Shown here piece after piece: positions 1 to 8,953 of a stretch of 64,000 nucleotides of DNA. Both the position numbers and the translations under genes were made by a program. The DNA comes from an uncultured bacterium. GTDB taxonomy: Bacteria > Patescibacteriota > Minisyncoccia > Phycocordibacterales > GWA1-40-21. The DNA lies in contig CAWDSG010000002.1 in assembly GCA_963804975.1 (NCBI GenBank), positions 53,554-117,553 of the forward strand, written 5' to 3'. How positions within the stretch are numbered: the first letter of the stretch is position 1; the number at the start of each line of letters is the position of its first letter. The notes under the pieces were generated by a model, which worked only from the letters and a program-made list of their open reading frames with translations, did no database searches and was not told where the DNA came from.

Positions 1-1
1 C

Positions 2-892
2 ATCAATCCGTTTGACCTTCCGGCCCCGAAAGAAGATGAATCACCGGCAGATGTATTGCGAAGCAACATCATCAATCTTGTCGGACTTTTTAGAATAATG
101 CTCGGCGGGCTTACCGCGGAAGAAGACGCTATTGTGGATCGGGCAATTTCGGAGACCTACGCACTCAAGGATATCACTCCCGATTCCGATTTTTCAAATA
201 TAGAGCCGCCGCTTCTTTCCGATTTTGAACTTGTGCTTTCGGGCATGAAAGGCGCCGAATCAATCGTCCAAAGACTTTCAAAATACACGAGGGGGACTTG
301 GGCTGGATTTTTAAACAGACCGACAAATATAAATATCAATTATAAATTCATTGTCTTTTCACTCCGAGATATGGAGGATGAGCTCAAACCGGTAGCGATG
401 TATCTGATTACCCATTATATTTGGAATGCTGTTAGGCGCGTTTCCAAAAAAAGATTGCTTGTCATTGACGAGGCGTGGTGGATGATGAAATCCGAGGATA
501 CGGCGTCGTTTTTGTTCTCCATGGCGAAAAGAGGCAGAAAATATTATCTGGGCCTTGCCACGATCACACAGGATGTCGAGGATTTCATCAAATCGCCTTA
601 CGGACTGCCCATATTGACAAACTCTTCCATACAAATTCTCTTGAAGCAGTCGCCGACCATAGTGGACAATTTGCAGAAAGTTTTCAATCTGACTGATGAG
701 GAAAAATATCTTCTGCTTGAATCCGATGTCGGTGAAGGAATATTTTTCGTGGGGTTAAAGCATGTCGCCATTAAAATTATCGCTTCATATACCGAAGACC
801 AGATAATAACCTCCGATCCTTCCCAGCTTCTGACTATAAAGCGGGCCAAAGAAGAGCTCTCAATGTCGGCAGGTGATATAATTAAAAATTGA
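2..892 (+). CDS. VirB4/TrbE-like type IV secretion / conjugal transfer ATPase, C-terminal part (5' end outside window)
   Basis: Frame 2 is open from position 2. Walker-B-like LLVIDEAWWMM and RGRKYYLGLATITQ motifs are typical of VirB4/TraC C-terminal ATPase domains. It is followed by secreted and pilin-like genes. Confidence 0.6.
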   Translation: MNPFDLPAPKEDESPADVLRSNIINLVGLFRIMLGGLTAEEDAIVDRAISETYALKDITPDSDFSNIEPPLLSDFELVLSGMKGAESIVQRLSKYTRGTWAGFLNRPTNININYKFIVFSLRDMEDELKPVAMYLITHYIWNAVRRVSKKRLLVIDEAWWMMKSEDTASFLFSMAKRGRKYYLGLATITQDVEDFIKSPYGLPILTNSSIQILLKQSPTIVDNLQKVFNLTDEEKYLLLESDVGEGIFFVGLKHVAIKIIASYTEDQIITSDPSQLLTIKRAKEELSMSAGDIIKN

Positions 893-893
893 A

Positions 894-1652
894 ATGAAAA
901 ATATGTTTCAAAAAACAATCAAAATTCTATTGGTGCTCTGCATCATTTTTTCAGTTCAAAATAAAGTTGCATCGGCTCAAAATACCCAGGCAACATCCGG
1001 CGAAGTTGATCTTATTGTTGAGCCCACATCTTATGTGCCGCCTTTTTATCTTGGCAAGTCTATTTTTACAAATCAAGGAACAGTGCGAGTTGTAGCGATA
1101 CCGAACATTGTGATCGGCGGGGAAAAAATAAATTCAAAAAATTTGATATTCGACTGGCAAAAAGACGGCATTCCTTCGGTTTCCGATTCGGGCATGGGAA
1201 AAGATTCCATTGTGGTAGACGGCAGCGTTCCGATAAGAGATATTGATATTTCCGTAAATGTTTCGGATTCATCCGGGAATACGCTTGCCGGCTCGTCAAA
1301 AACAATATCGGCCGATGATCCAAAAGTGCTTGTATATGAAGATAGCCCGCTCTACGGAATATTATTCAACAAAGCTGTTATCGGAGATTATTATCTCGGG
1401 CAAAAAAATGAATTGGACTTGATCGCGAAGCCATATTTTTTCAATTTATCGAGCGATTCGGGAATAGATTCAACTTATAAATGGGCAGTAAACGGAAATT
1501 ATATAAGCCCTTCGGGAAGAACCAATGAGCTTCTTCTCAAACAAACAACCACCAATCTTTCGGGCACAGCTTCCGTATCGCTTACCGTAAACAATAATGT
1601 CAGAATATTCCAATATGGAAATATGAGTTTTAATGTGAATTTTGGAATTTAA
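894..1652 (+). CDS. secreted hypothetical protein (N-terminal signal peptide)
   Basis: Hydrophobic N-terminus LLVLCIIFSVQNKVASAQ. No recognisable catalytic motif. Starts 1 nt after the VirB4-like gene stop. Confidence 0.45.
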   Translation: MKNMFQKTIKILLVLCIIFSVQNKVASAQNTQATSGEVDLIVEPTSYVPPFYLGKSIFTNQGTVRVVAIPNIVIGGEKINSKNLIFDWQKDGIPSVSDSGMGKDSIVVDGSVPIRDIDISVNVSDSSGNTLAGSSKTISADDPKVLVYEDSPLYGILFNKAVIGDYYLGQKNELDLIAKPYFFNLSSDSGIDSTYKWAVNGNYISPSGRTNELLLKQTTTNLSGTASVSLTVNNNVRIFQYGNMSFNVNFGI

Positions 1653-1664
1653 TTTTAATAAAAT

Positions 1665-2570
1665 ATGAATACAAAAAATACAATGAGATACAAAAAACTA
1701 TTCCTATGGATTTTTTTGATATTTTTAAATTTGCCGGCGCTCAAAGTATTCGCGGCTGCGGCCGTCACACAAACTTATACCCCGCTTGAACCAAACGCTC
1801 TTCCGGGCGTAACGGAAAGTGCGGCAAATTTGGGATCTTTTTTGGGATCAGTATTTAATTTCGGTATCGCTGCCGCCGTCGTTCTCGCGCTTATTATGAT
1901 TATTTGGGGAGGCATTGAATATATGACAACCGATGCATGGATGAAAAAAGGGGAAGGTAAAAAGAGAATTACGGACGCCCTTTTGGGTTTGGGCCTCGCG
2001 CTTGTATCCTGGCTTTTGCTTTACATTATAAATCCGAATCTTGTAACATATAACGGGAATCTCCTCCTTAATCCCGCTACGCCGGCAAAAACATCGCAAA
2101 CGGCTCCGATAACCAATAATGCTGCCGGATCTCAGTCAACCGCGTCGCAAACAAATTCGGCAAATACAAATCCGACCGGATCTTCCGGATGCCCTGGCCC
2201 CGCCTGCATAGATGCAAGCGGTATGCTGGCATGCAAAGACACTTCAAAGTGTTATTTGGACGGTACGTTTGCAAATGAATTGGCGATCTCTCTTGCCGGA
2301 CAAAATGCCCGTGTAACCGAAGCGTATCCTCCGACAACAGAACACGAGTCCGCCTGTCATCAAAACGGAACATGCGCCGATGTCAATTTATTGAACAGCG
2401 ATACAAATGTAAATGATGTTAAACAAGTATATGCCAGCATGGTCAATGCCGGACTTCATCCTTCATATGAAACGAGTAGCGATGCGGCATGTCAGCCGTA
2501 CCTTAACGATAATATACCCTGTATTGTAAGCCCACTGAATACCGCCCCTTCTTTCCATGTAAATATGTAA
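1665..2570 (+). CDS. VirB2/TrbC-like pilin-like membrane protein with Cys-rich C-terminal extension
   Basis: Signal peptide followed by two predicted TM helices (GIAAAVVLALIMIIWGGIEYM and LLGLGLALVSWLLLYII), the topology of T4SS pilins. The C-terminal roughly 130 aa is Cys/Ser/Thr/Asn-rich. Confidence 0.4.
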   Translation: MNTKNTMRYKKLFLWIFLIFLNLPALKVFAAAAVTQTYTPLEPNALPGVTESAANLGSFLGSVFNFGIAAAVVLALIMIIWGGIEYMTTDAWMKKGEGKKRITDALLGLGLALVSWLLLYIINPNLVTYNGNLLLNPATPAKTSQTAPITNNAAGSQSTASQTNSANTNPTGSSGCPGPACIDASGMLACKDTSKCYLDGTFANELAISLAGQNARVTEAYPPTTEHESACHQNGTCADVNLLNSDTNVNDVKQVYASMVNAGLHPSYETSSDAACQPYLNDNIPCIVSPLNTAPSFHVNM

Positions 2571-2581
2571 TGTAAACAAAT

Positions 2582-3838
2582 ATGTCCAGAAGAAATTCAG
2601 TAATTATTATAGTTTCAGTCCTGATCGTAATAATAGCCGTATTGATTTTCTTTTTTTCTCGTTCGTCAAATACAGGAATAGGAAATCAGGCATCTTCTAC
2701 GCAATCGGCGGTGAATCCTTTCGGCAACGAGCCGGGGAACAAAACATCAGGCAATACGAGCAATCCTTTCGGTACAAGCAGTTCTCAGGCAAATCAGACA
2801 AACGCCGCAAACACAAATCTAGCAAAACTTATCCAATTGTATGCAAACCCGACTTCAGGATCAATGTTTTTTACCGACAAAAACAATCAGGATGTGCTTC
2901 AGTTTGTGGAAAGAGCCACAGGCAATGTATACCGATACATCTCAGAATCGCGATCAGGAACGCCGGCACGCCTGACCGATACAACGATACCGAAAATCGA
3001 GGAGGTTGTTTGGTCCCCCGCAGGAAACGGCCTTGTCTATCGATATTTGAACAATGATACCGATATGATAAGCAGTTTTTCCGGCATGATAAGTTCAAGC
3101 ACAAATGGAAATTTGGCTCAAATTACAGGCATTTTTCTCACTCCCAATCTCACAGAAATTGTTTCAAATCCAAAAGGAGATAAAATCTTTGGTGTTATGA
3201 AAAAAAGCGATGGTTCCGGCACATACGGGATCTTGTCCAATCTTGACGGTACAAACAGAAAACAATTGTTTGATTCCCCGGTATCATTCTGGAATATATC
3301 TTGGCCAACAAACACAATAATAACTTTTGCCACAAAACCGACATATAAAGATTACGGATATTTGTATTTCTTCAACACGCAAACTTACTCTTTTGACAGA
3401 ATACTTGGTGATCTTTCCGGATTATCTACACTGACGAATGATGATGCGGGTTTGGTCGCTTATTCGGAAAGCCAGAATAACGCTTTTAATCTGGGAGTAT
3501 ACGATGTAAAAAATAAAACGGACAAAAACATCAACATAGCGACTCTTGCCGACAAATGCGTCTGGAGCACGAACGATGGCAGTGTTTTGTATTGCGCCGT
3601 TCCTCAAACGATTCCGACGGATTCTTATCCGGATGCCTGGTATCAGGGAATTGAATCTTTTTCTGATAATATTTGGAAAATTGATACAAAAACAGGAGCC
3701 ACAACACAAATATATCAAACAGGTGTGAATGAAAATACAAATATTGACGCAATAAATCTCATCATAAGTCCCGATGACAAGTATCTTGCCTTTCAAAACA
3801 AAAATGATTTGAGCGAGTGGATTCTCGCAATACAATAA
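2582..3838 (+). CDS. membrane-anchored hypothetical protein (N-terminal TM, S/N/T-rich linker, C-terminal globular domain)
   Basis: N-terminal TM IIIVSVLIVIIAVLIFFF, a low-complexity SSTQSAVNPFGNEPGNKTSGNTSNPFG linker, then roughly 300 aa with no clear motif. Confidence 0.45.
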   Translation: MSRRNSVIIIVSVLIVIIAVLIFFFSRSSNTGIGNQASSTQSAVNPFGNEPGNKTSGNTSNPFGTSSSQANQTNAANTNLAKLIQLYANPTSGSMFFTDKNNQDVLQFVERATGNVYRYISESRSGTPARLTDTTIPKIEEVVWSPAGNGLVYRYLNNDTDMISSFSGMISSSTNGNLAQITGIFLTPNLTEIVSNPKGDKIFGVMKKSDGSGTYGILSNLDGTNRKQLFDSPVSFWNISWPTNTIITFATKPTYKDYGYLYFFNTQTYSFDRILGDLSGLSTLTNDDAGLVAYSESQNNAFNLGVYDVKNKTDKNINIATLADKCVWSTNDGSVLYCAVPQTIPTDSYPDAWYQGIESFSDNIWKIDTKTGATTQIYQTGVNENTNIDAINLIISPDDKYLAFQNKNDLSEWILAIQ

Positions 3839-3848
3839 TTTTTAAAAA

Positions 3849-3872
3849 AAACTTCGCGCCGCGAAGTTTTTT
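3849..3872. terminator. bidirectional rho-independent terminator between convergent genes
   Basis: acttcgcg..cgcgaagt stem flanked by A-run and T-run (aaaaaaaacttcgcgccgcgaagttttttg). Confidence 0.5.
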
Positions 3873-3874
3873 GT

Positions 3875-4396
3875 TTAAAACAAATCTATATCCACGTATT
3901 TGATGATAACGCGCCTGTCTTTACCTTCGCCTATTGATTCAGTTTTGACATTCGGTTTGCCGCTGAGCGCTCCATGGACTATCAACCTTTCGTAAGAGGA
4001 CATTGGCTCCATTTCCACATTCGATCTCATAAGGCGCGCTTTGTCCGCAAGCGCTTCGGCTTTTGACTTTAATCTTTCGATCATGCTGGATTTATAATCG
4101 TTGATGTCAATGGAAAAATCGCCCGCTTCTTCGGATCCTTTCTGCGCCATTCTTCGCAAAATATGCGTGATGGCATTCAGTGTTTCTCCTCCTTCTCCGA
4201 TCAAAATCCCTGATTCTTTTGTTCTGATTACGAATAAATTGTTTCCTCCTAAAGAATCTTCAACTATTTCAACACTGTCAAATCCTATGTTCATAAGCTC
4301 AAGGAAACCTTCTATCATGGATTTGATAGCTGTTTTTTCGGTTTGGGATAGAGATTTTTTGCTGTGATCTTTTTTTGTAATTGTTTTTTCCTCCAT
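3875..4396 (-). CDS. jag: Jag/KhpB-like R3H-domain RNA-binding protein
   Basis: C-terminal R3H-like ERLIVHGALS...ESIGEGKDRRVIIKY. Located immediately downstream of yidC, the classical position. Confidence 0.7.
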   Translation of the reverse strand: MEEKTITKKDHSKKSLSQTEKTAIKSMIEGFLELMNIGFDSVEIVEDSLGGNNLFVIRTKESGILIGEGGETLNAITHILRRMAQKGSEEAGDFSIDINDYKSSMIERLKSKAEALADKARLMRSNVEMEPMSSYERLIVHGALSGKPNVKTESIGEGKDRRVIIKYVDIDLF

Positions 4397-4400
4397 ATTT

Positions 4401-5150
4401 TTATTTTACCATATTATTTGCTTTATTTTTTCTTTTTACGTATATTTCCTGGCCAATGGCGAATAAACTGCTTGTGATCAAATAGAGTGCCACGACAGCG
4501 GCAAAGTTCCTGGCAATAACGAATATGACTATCGGCATGATATATTTCATTTGCATATTCATGCTTCGCGATAATTCATCTTTGAAATTCGGCCCCGTTT
4601 TGGCGTCTTGATTCTTTTTGGGGACTTTCGGCATAATAATTTGCATTTGCAAAAACTGCGCGACCGCCGCCAGAATGGCAAAAAGTGTGCTCTTGCCGGC
4701 GACATTAATGCCAAAAAATGTCACGTCAATTACACTCGGAATTTTTGTGAAAGAATAAATAATCGTGTGATTCAGGTTCGGCAAACCGCCTCGTAGAAAT
4801 ATGTAATATAAAGCCATCAGTATAGGCAGCTGTATAAGCATCAGAAGAATCCCCGAAAACGGATTGATCCCTCGTTCTTTATATAAACGCATTGTCTCTT
4901 CGGCTTGTTTTTGCTTATTATCCTTGTATTTCAATTTCAATTCATTGAGCTCCGGTTCCAGCCGCTTCATTTCAAACTGGGTTTTGACGGATTTCTGGGA
5001 AAGAGGGAAAAGAATAATTTTAATTATTATGGTAAAAAGAATGACCGCCACTCCGACATTGTGAAACGGAATAATCGCGATAAAAAATATCAGCGCGTTG
5101 TAAAGCGGCGTATAAAAAACAGCTTTTAATAAAGCGTGCATAAAATCCAT
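4401..5150 (-). CDS. yidC: membrane protein insertase YidC (short form)
   Basis: Multi-TM protein with the conserved YidC/Oxa1 core GINPFSGILLMLIQLPILMALYYIF. Sits in the rpmH-rnpA-yidC-jag context. Confidence 0.85.
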   Translation of the reverse strand: MDFMHALLKAVFYTPLYNALIFFIAIIPFHNVGVAVILFTIIIKIILFPLSQKSVKTQFEMKRLEPELNELKLKYKDNKQKQAEETMRLYKERGINPFSGILLMLIQLPILMALYYIFLRGGLPNLNHTIIYSFTKIPSVIDVTFFGINVAGKSTLFAILAAVAQFLQMQIIMPKVPKKNQDAKTGPNFKDELSRSMNMQMKYIMPIVIFVIARNFAAVVALYLITSSLFAIGQEIYVKRKNKANNMVK

Positions 5151-5492
5151 TCTATACGAAAATCGGTGATTTTACAATCTGTTTGACAAAAAATTTATAA
5201 TATGCTAAGCTTTTAATATCTCGCTTGAAGGAGGAGAATGGCAAAGGGAACTCGCAAAGTCTAGCCAGCTTGTAGCAGTTTTTTGTAGAATCTTATTCTG
5301 CTATAGAGATTTCCAAAAAATTTTTATAATTTTCTTTTTTGTTCTTTCTAGAAAAAATAATAATTGTGTAAAACTAGTCAGGGGTCAGGCTTTAAATCCA
5401 CCCTGCTCAATCGTTTGCCAACTTTCCTAAAAAGAAATTAAACACAAACATTGAACTCAGAAATAATTAGGTCTTATCTGGGGACCAGCTCG

Positions 5493-5882
5493 TCATATAT
5501 TTCCTTTACTGGAACTAATGGCGAGCTTATTTTTTATATAAAATCCGACTTTTTTCAGAATTTCATCAATATCTTTTTTTATTTCGGAATAAGAAATTGG
5601 TTTTTCGGTTTTTTTAGGAAAGAAAACGATTGTTTTTTTGAAATTTTCGTTCATTTTTTTTAAATTTTCCTCAATAGCCGCGCTTATTTTTCTTTTTATC
5701 CGGTGCCGGCCGACAGATGTTTTTTCTATTTTTTTTGACACAACGATGGCAAAACCCGGCATATTGGCATTTTTCTTTGAAACTTTTGCATGCAAATAAT
5801 TTTCGGATACTGCCATCCCATTTTTTATTGCATTTTCTATGTCAGCCCTTGCAGCCCTGAATTTTCTTGATAGCATCAACAC
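5493..5882 (-). CDS. rnpA: ribonuclease P protein component
   Basis: Basic protein with GRHRIKRKISAAIEE-type motif. Directly downstream of rpmH. Confidence 0.8.
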   Translation of the reverse strand: MLMLSRKFRAARADIENAIKNGMAVSENYLHAKVSKKNANMPGFAIVVSKKIEKTSVGRHRIKRKISAAIEENLKKMNENFKKTIVFFPKKTEKPISYSEIKKDIDEILKKVGFYIKNKLAISSSKGNI

Positions 5883-5936
5883 ATTATATCCGTAAGATTA
5901 TAAAAACAAAAATCCGCCAGAAGCGGATTTTTGTTT

Positions 5937-6086
5937 TTATCTTCTTTTTTTAGAAACAGAGAGTTTGGCTCTGCCTTTCTGCCTTCTCCTTTTTATAGTG
6001 TTTCTGCCGTATTTGCTCTTGCTTCGCGCGAGAAAACCATGAGTTTTCGCTCTTTTTCTTTTATTTGGCTGATACGTAAACGACAT
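5937..6086 (-). CDS. rpmH: 50S ribosomal protein L34 (below the size cut-off of the six-frame ORF list)
   Basis: Reverse-complement translation of 5937-6086 gives [49 protein letters not shown] (49 aa). This is the canonical L34 pattern, divergent from dnaA. Confidence 0.85.
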   Translation of the reverse strand: MSFTYQPNKRKRAKTHGFLARSKSKYGRNTIKRRRQKGRAKLSVSKKRR

Positions 6087-6297
6087 AAAGAAAGTATAAA
6101 CCAAAAAAGAAAAAATGTAAAGCTTGTTCAGATAAAATTTCAGGTATAATTACAAACCTCCGAACACTCGATGTTTTTTATAAAATTTGAATTTTTTTTA
6201 TTTTTGTTTTTTAATTTTACTAATCCACTTTTTATGAACACTTTGTGAACAAAAATAAATTTTAGAGAAATTCCATATCAACCTATAATTAAACCCT

Positions 6298-7629
6298 ATG
6301 ACAGATAATAAAATCCTTTGGAATAATGTCCTCGCCCAAATAGAACTTGGCATTTCTAAAGCAAATTTCAGCATGTGGTTTAAAGATACATATATCGTAA
6401 AACAGGAGGACGGCATGGTATATTTGGGAGTTCCGAATATTTTTATAAAGGACTGGCTGATGAATAAATACCATAAAGATATTATTAAAAATCTCAGGAC
6501 TTTCGGAGAAAATGTAAGAAATGTGGAATATTTGGTCTCGAAAGAAGAAAATAAAACCCATATCAAAGAATCAACAAATGTAAGCGAGCTTCCCCTCAAT
6601 GATTTTTACATAAATAAAGAAGATAATCTGAATCCTAAATATACTTTCAAAACATTTGTTGTCGGCCCGTTCAACGAACTTGCCTATGCGGCCTCGCAGG
6701 CGATTTTGAAAAGAACAGCTACTTACAATCCTCTTTTTATTTTTGGAAGCACCGGCCACGGTAAAACGCATTTGATTCAGGCGATAGGAAACCAATTTAA
6801 AGAAGACGATCCGAGCAAAAAGATTTTTTATATGACAAGCGAGCGGTTTGTAAACGATTATTTGAATTCCCTTAACAGCGGCGAGATCAATACTTTCAAA
6901 GAGAAATATAAAAAATATGATGTTTTGATTATTGACGATATACAATTTATTTCGTCAAAAACAAAAACTCAGGAAGAATTTTTTCATCTTTTCAACAGTT
7001 TTCACGACAGCGGAAAACAACTGATATTCTCGTCGGATAAGCATCCGAATTTCATAACCGATATAGAAGACCGCATCAAATCAAGATTCAATGCCGGCAT
7101 GATTCTTGAAATTCAGAAACCGGATTTTGAATCAAGGATCCAGATATTCAGGAAAAAAGCGTCTCTGATGAATCTGGCTCTTTCAAACGAAACGGTTGAA
7201 TTTTTGGCTTCATTTGTTGAAGGCAATATACGCGAACTTGAAGGTGTTTTGAATTTGATTCTATGCCAGACCCACTTAAAAAATAAGGAATTGAATATAA
7301 GTGAAATTAAAGATCTGCTTAAAAACACATCCAAACCGAAGAAAAATGTGTCCGCAAAAGATGTAATGAGGGTTGTTTCCGATTTTTACGGGATAGACGA
7401 ATCCAGTGTATCCGAAAAAGGGAGAAAAAAGGAGGTTATCAAGCCAAGGCAGGTAATTATGTATATTCTGAGGGAAGATTTTGATATTTCGTTCCCGTCA
7501 ATAGGCGATAAGGTGGGAAACAGGGACCATTCCACAGTTATCCACTCGTATGAAAAAATCAAAAATGATCTTAAAAACAATCCTGAGCTCGTCCAGGAAA
7601 TAGAGCATATCCGTTCAATGTTGAAATGA
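6298..7629 (+). CDS. dnaA: chromosomal replication initiator DnaA
   Basis: Walker A GSTGHGKTHLIQAIGN, Walker B VLIIDDIQF, and a C-terminal DNA-binding domain. Sits in the canonical rpmH / dnaA-dnaN context. Confidence 0.95.
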   Translation: MTDNKILWNNVLAQIELGISKANFSMWFKDTYIVKQEDGMVYLGVPNIFIKDWLMNKYHKDIIKNLRTFGENVRNVEYLVSKEENKTHIKESTNVSELPLNDFYINKEDNLNPKYTFKTFVVGPFNELAYAASQAILKRTATYNPLFIFGSTGHGKTHLIQAIGNQFKEDDPSKKIFYMTSERFVNDYLNSLNSGEINTFKEKYKKYDVLIIDDIQFISSKTKTQEEFFHLFNSFHDSGKQLIFSSDKHPNFITDIEDRIKSRFNAGMILEIQKPDFESRIQIFRKKASLMNLALSNETVEFLASFVEGNIRELEGVLNLILCQTHLKNKELNISEIKDLLKNTSKPKKNVSAKDVMRVVSDFYGIDESSVSEKGRKKEVIKPRQVIMYILREDFDISFPSIGDKVGNRDHSTVIHSYEKIKNDLKNNPELVQEIEHIRSMLK

Positions 7630-7639
7630 TTGTTTATAA

Positions 7640-7824
7640 TATATGGAGAAGTTATGGAGAGTTTGTTTGAGAAGTTGTTGAGAAAAGTTTGATAAGAAAT
7701 AGATCAAAAAATAAACAACTAATAACAAACATGAGATATTTAAAAAATTAAAAATTAAACACAAAAAACAAAGGTTAAAAAAATATAAACATAAGAACAA
7801 TATTAATAATAAATATATAATAAT
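7640..7824. promoter_or_regulatory. candidate oriC element: short GAGAAGTT-type direct repeats plus a very AT-rich stretch between dnaA and dnaN
   Basis: Motifs ggagaagtt, ggagagttt, gagaagttg and gagaaaagtttga lie within about 60 bp. An AT-rich run of over 100 bp follows, running up to the dnaN start. Confidence 0.35.
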
Positions 7825-8925
7825 ATGAAAATAGAATGTATAAAAGAAAAACTCCATATCTCCGTATCAAAAGCGGAAAAAATTGTCAGTAGAAATCAGA
7901 ATTTACCCATCCTTTCTTGTTTATTATTCCAGACAAAAGGAAATAATCTTATAATAAAATCAACCAATTTGGATTTGGGTTTGGAAATTTCCATTCCGGT
8001 AAAAGTGGAAGAGCAGGGTATTGTGGCTATTCCTGCAGGAATAATAAGCAGTTTTTTAAATAATTTAAACGAAAACAAAAATATTTCACTGGAAACAAAA
8101 GAGGGAGTTTTGAGAGTTTATACAGAAAACAGCGAAGCAAACATAAAAACACTGCCACACGACGATTTTCCTACAATTCCGCTTGTTGATAACGGCAAAA
8201 TATGCAAAATGAACTCAAAAGATCTGGGGAATGGAATCAAATCGGTCATTTACAGCGCGTCCACATCTTCTGTGAAGCCGGAACTTTCAAGTGTTTATGT
8301 ATATTCAATGGAAGATCATCTGGTTTTTGTGGCAACGGACTCATTCCGCCTTGCGGAAAAAACCATAAAAACAAAGAAAAACATGAATCTTCCCGGCATT
8401 CTCATACCGTTTAAAAATGCCTCGGATATTTTAAAAATAATCGACACAACCGACGAAGAAATAGAAATAAATTCAACAAAAAACCAAATATCTTTCACTT
8501 TCGGAGGATTATACCTTGTTTCAAGAGTCATAGACGGGGTATTTCCGGATTACAAACAGATCATACCAAAAGAAGAAAAGACAAAAATCACAGTTTTAAA
8601 GCAAGACCTCATAAATTCATTAAAACTATCAAGCATTTTCTCGGACAATTTCAACCAAATAAACATAAATGTCCAAAAAGGGGCAAAATATGTCCAGATT
8701 AAAACCAAAAATTCAAATATCGGAGAAAACACGAATAAAATAGACGCGACAACGGAAGGCGAGAGTATTGAAGTGAATTTTAATCACCGATATATCGTAG
8801 ATTGCTTGCCGTCAATTTTCTCAGACAGCGTATCTTTGTTTTTTAACGGCATAAACAAACCGCTTATCATAAAAGGGACTTCCGATAAGACATTCATGTA
8901 TTTGGTTATGCCGATGAACAGATAA
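7825..8925 (+). CDS. dnaN: DNA polymerase III beta sliding clamp
   Basis: 366 aa with typical DnaN N-terminus MKIECIKEKLHISVSKAEKIV...LPILSCLLF. Immediately downstream of dnaA. Confidence 0.9.
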   Translation: MKIECIKEKLHISVSKAEKIVSRNQNLPILSCLLFQTKGNNLIIKSTNLDLGLEISIPVKVEEQGIVAIPAGIISSFLNNLNENKNISLETKEGVLRVYTENSEANIKTLPHDDFPTIPLVDNGKICKMNSKDLGNGIKSVIYSASTSSVKPELSSVYVYSMEDHLVFVATDSFRLAEKTIKTKKNMNLPGILIPFKNASDILKIIDTTDEEIEINSTKNQISFTFGGLYLVSRVIDGVFPDYKQIIPKEEKTKITVLKQDLINSLKLSSIFSDNFNQININVQKGAKYVQIKTKNSNIGENTNKIDATTEGESIEVNFNHRYIVDCLPSIFSDSVSLFFNGINKPLIIKGTSDKTFMYLVMPMNR

Positions 8926-8953
8926 TTCTTGTTTGTTTTTTAAAATAAAAAAA

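Noticed and set aside
598-918. 106-aa minus-strand ORF at the VirB4-like gene end
   Set aside because: Antisense to the ATPase gene, whose motifs are well preserved; no start context.
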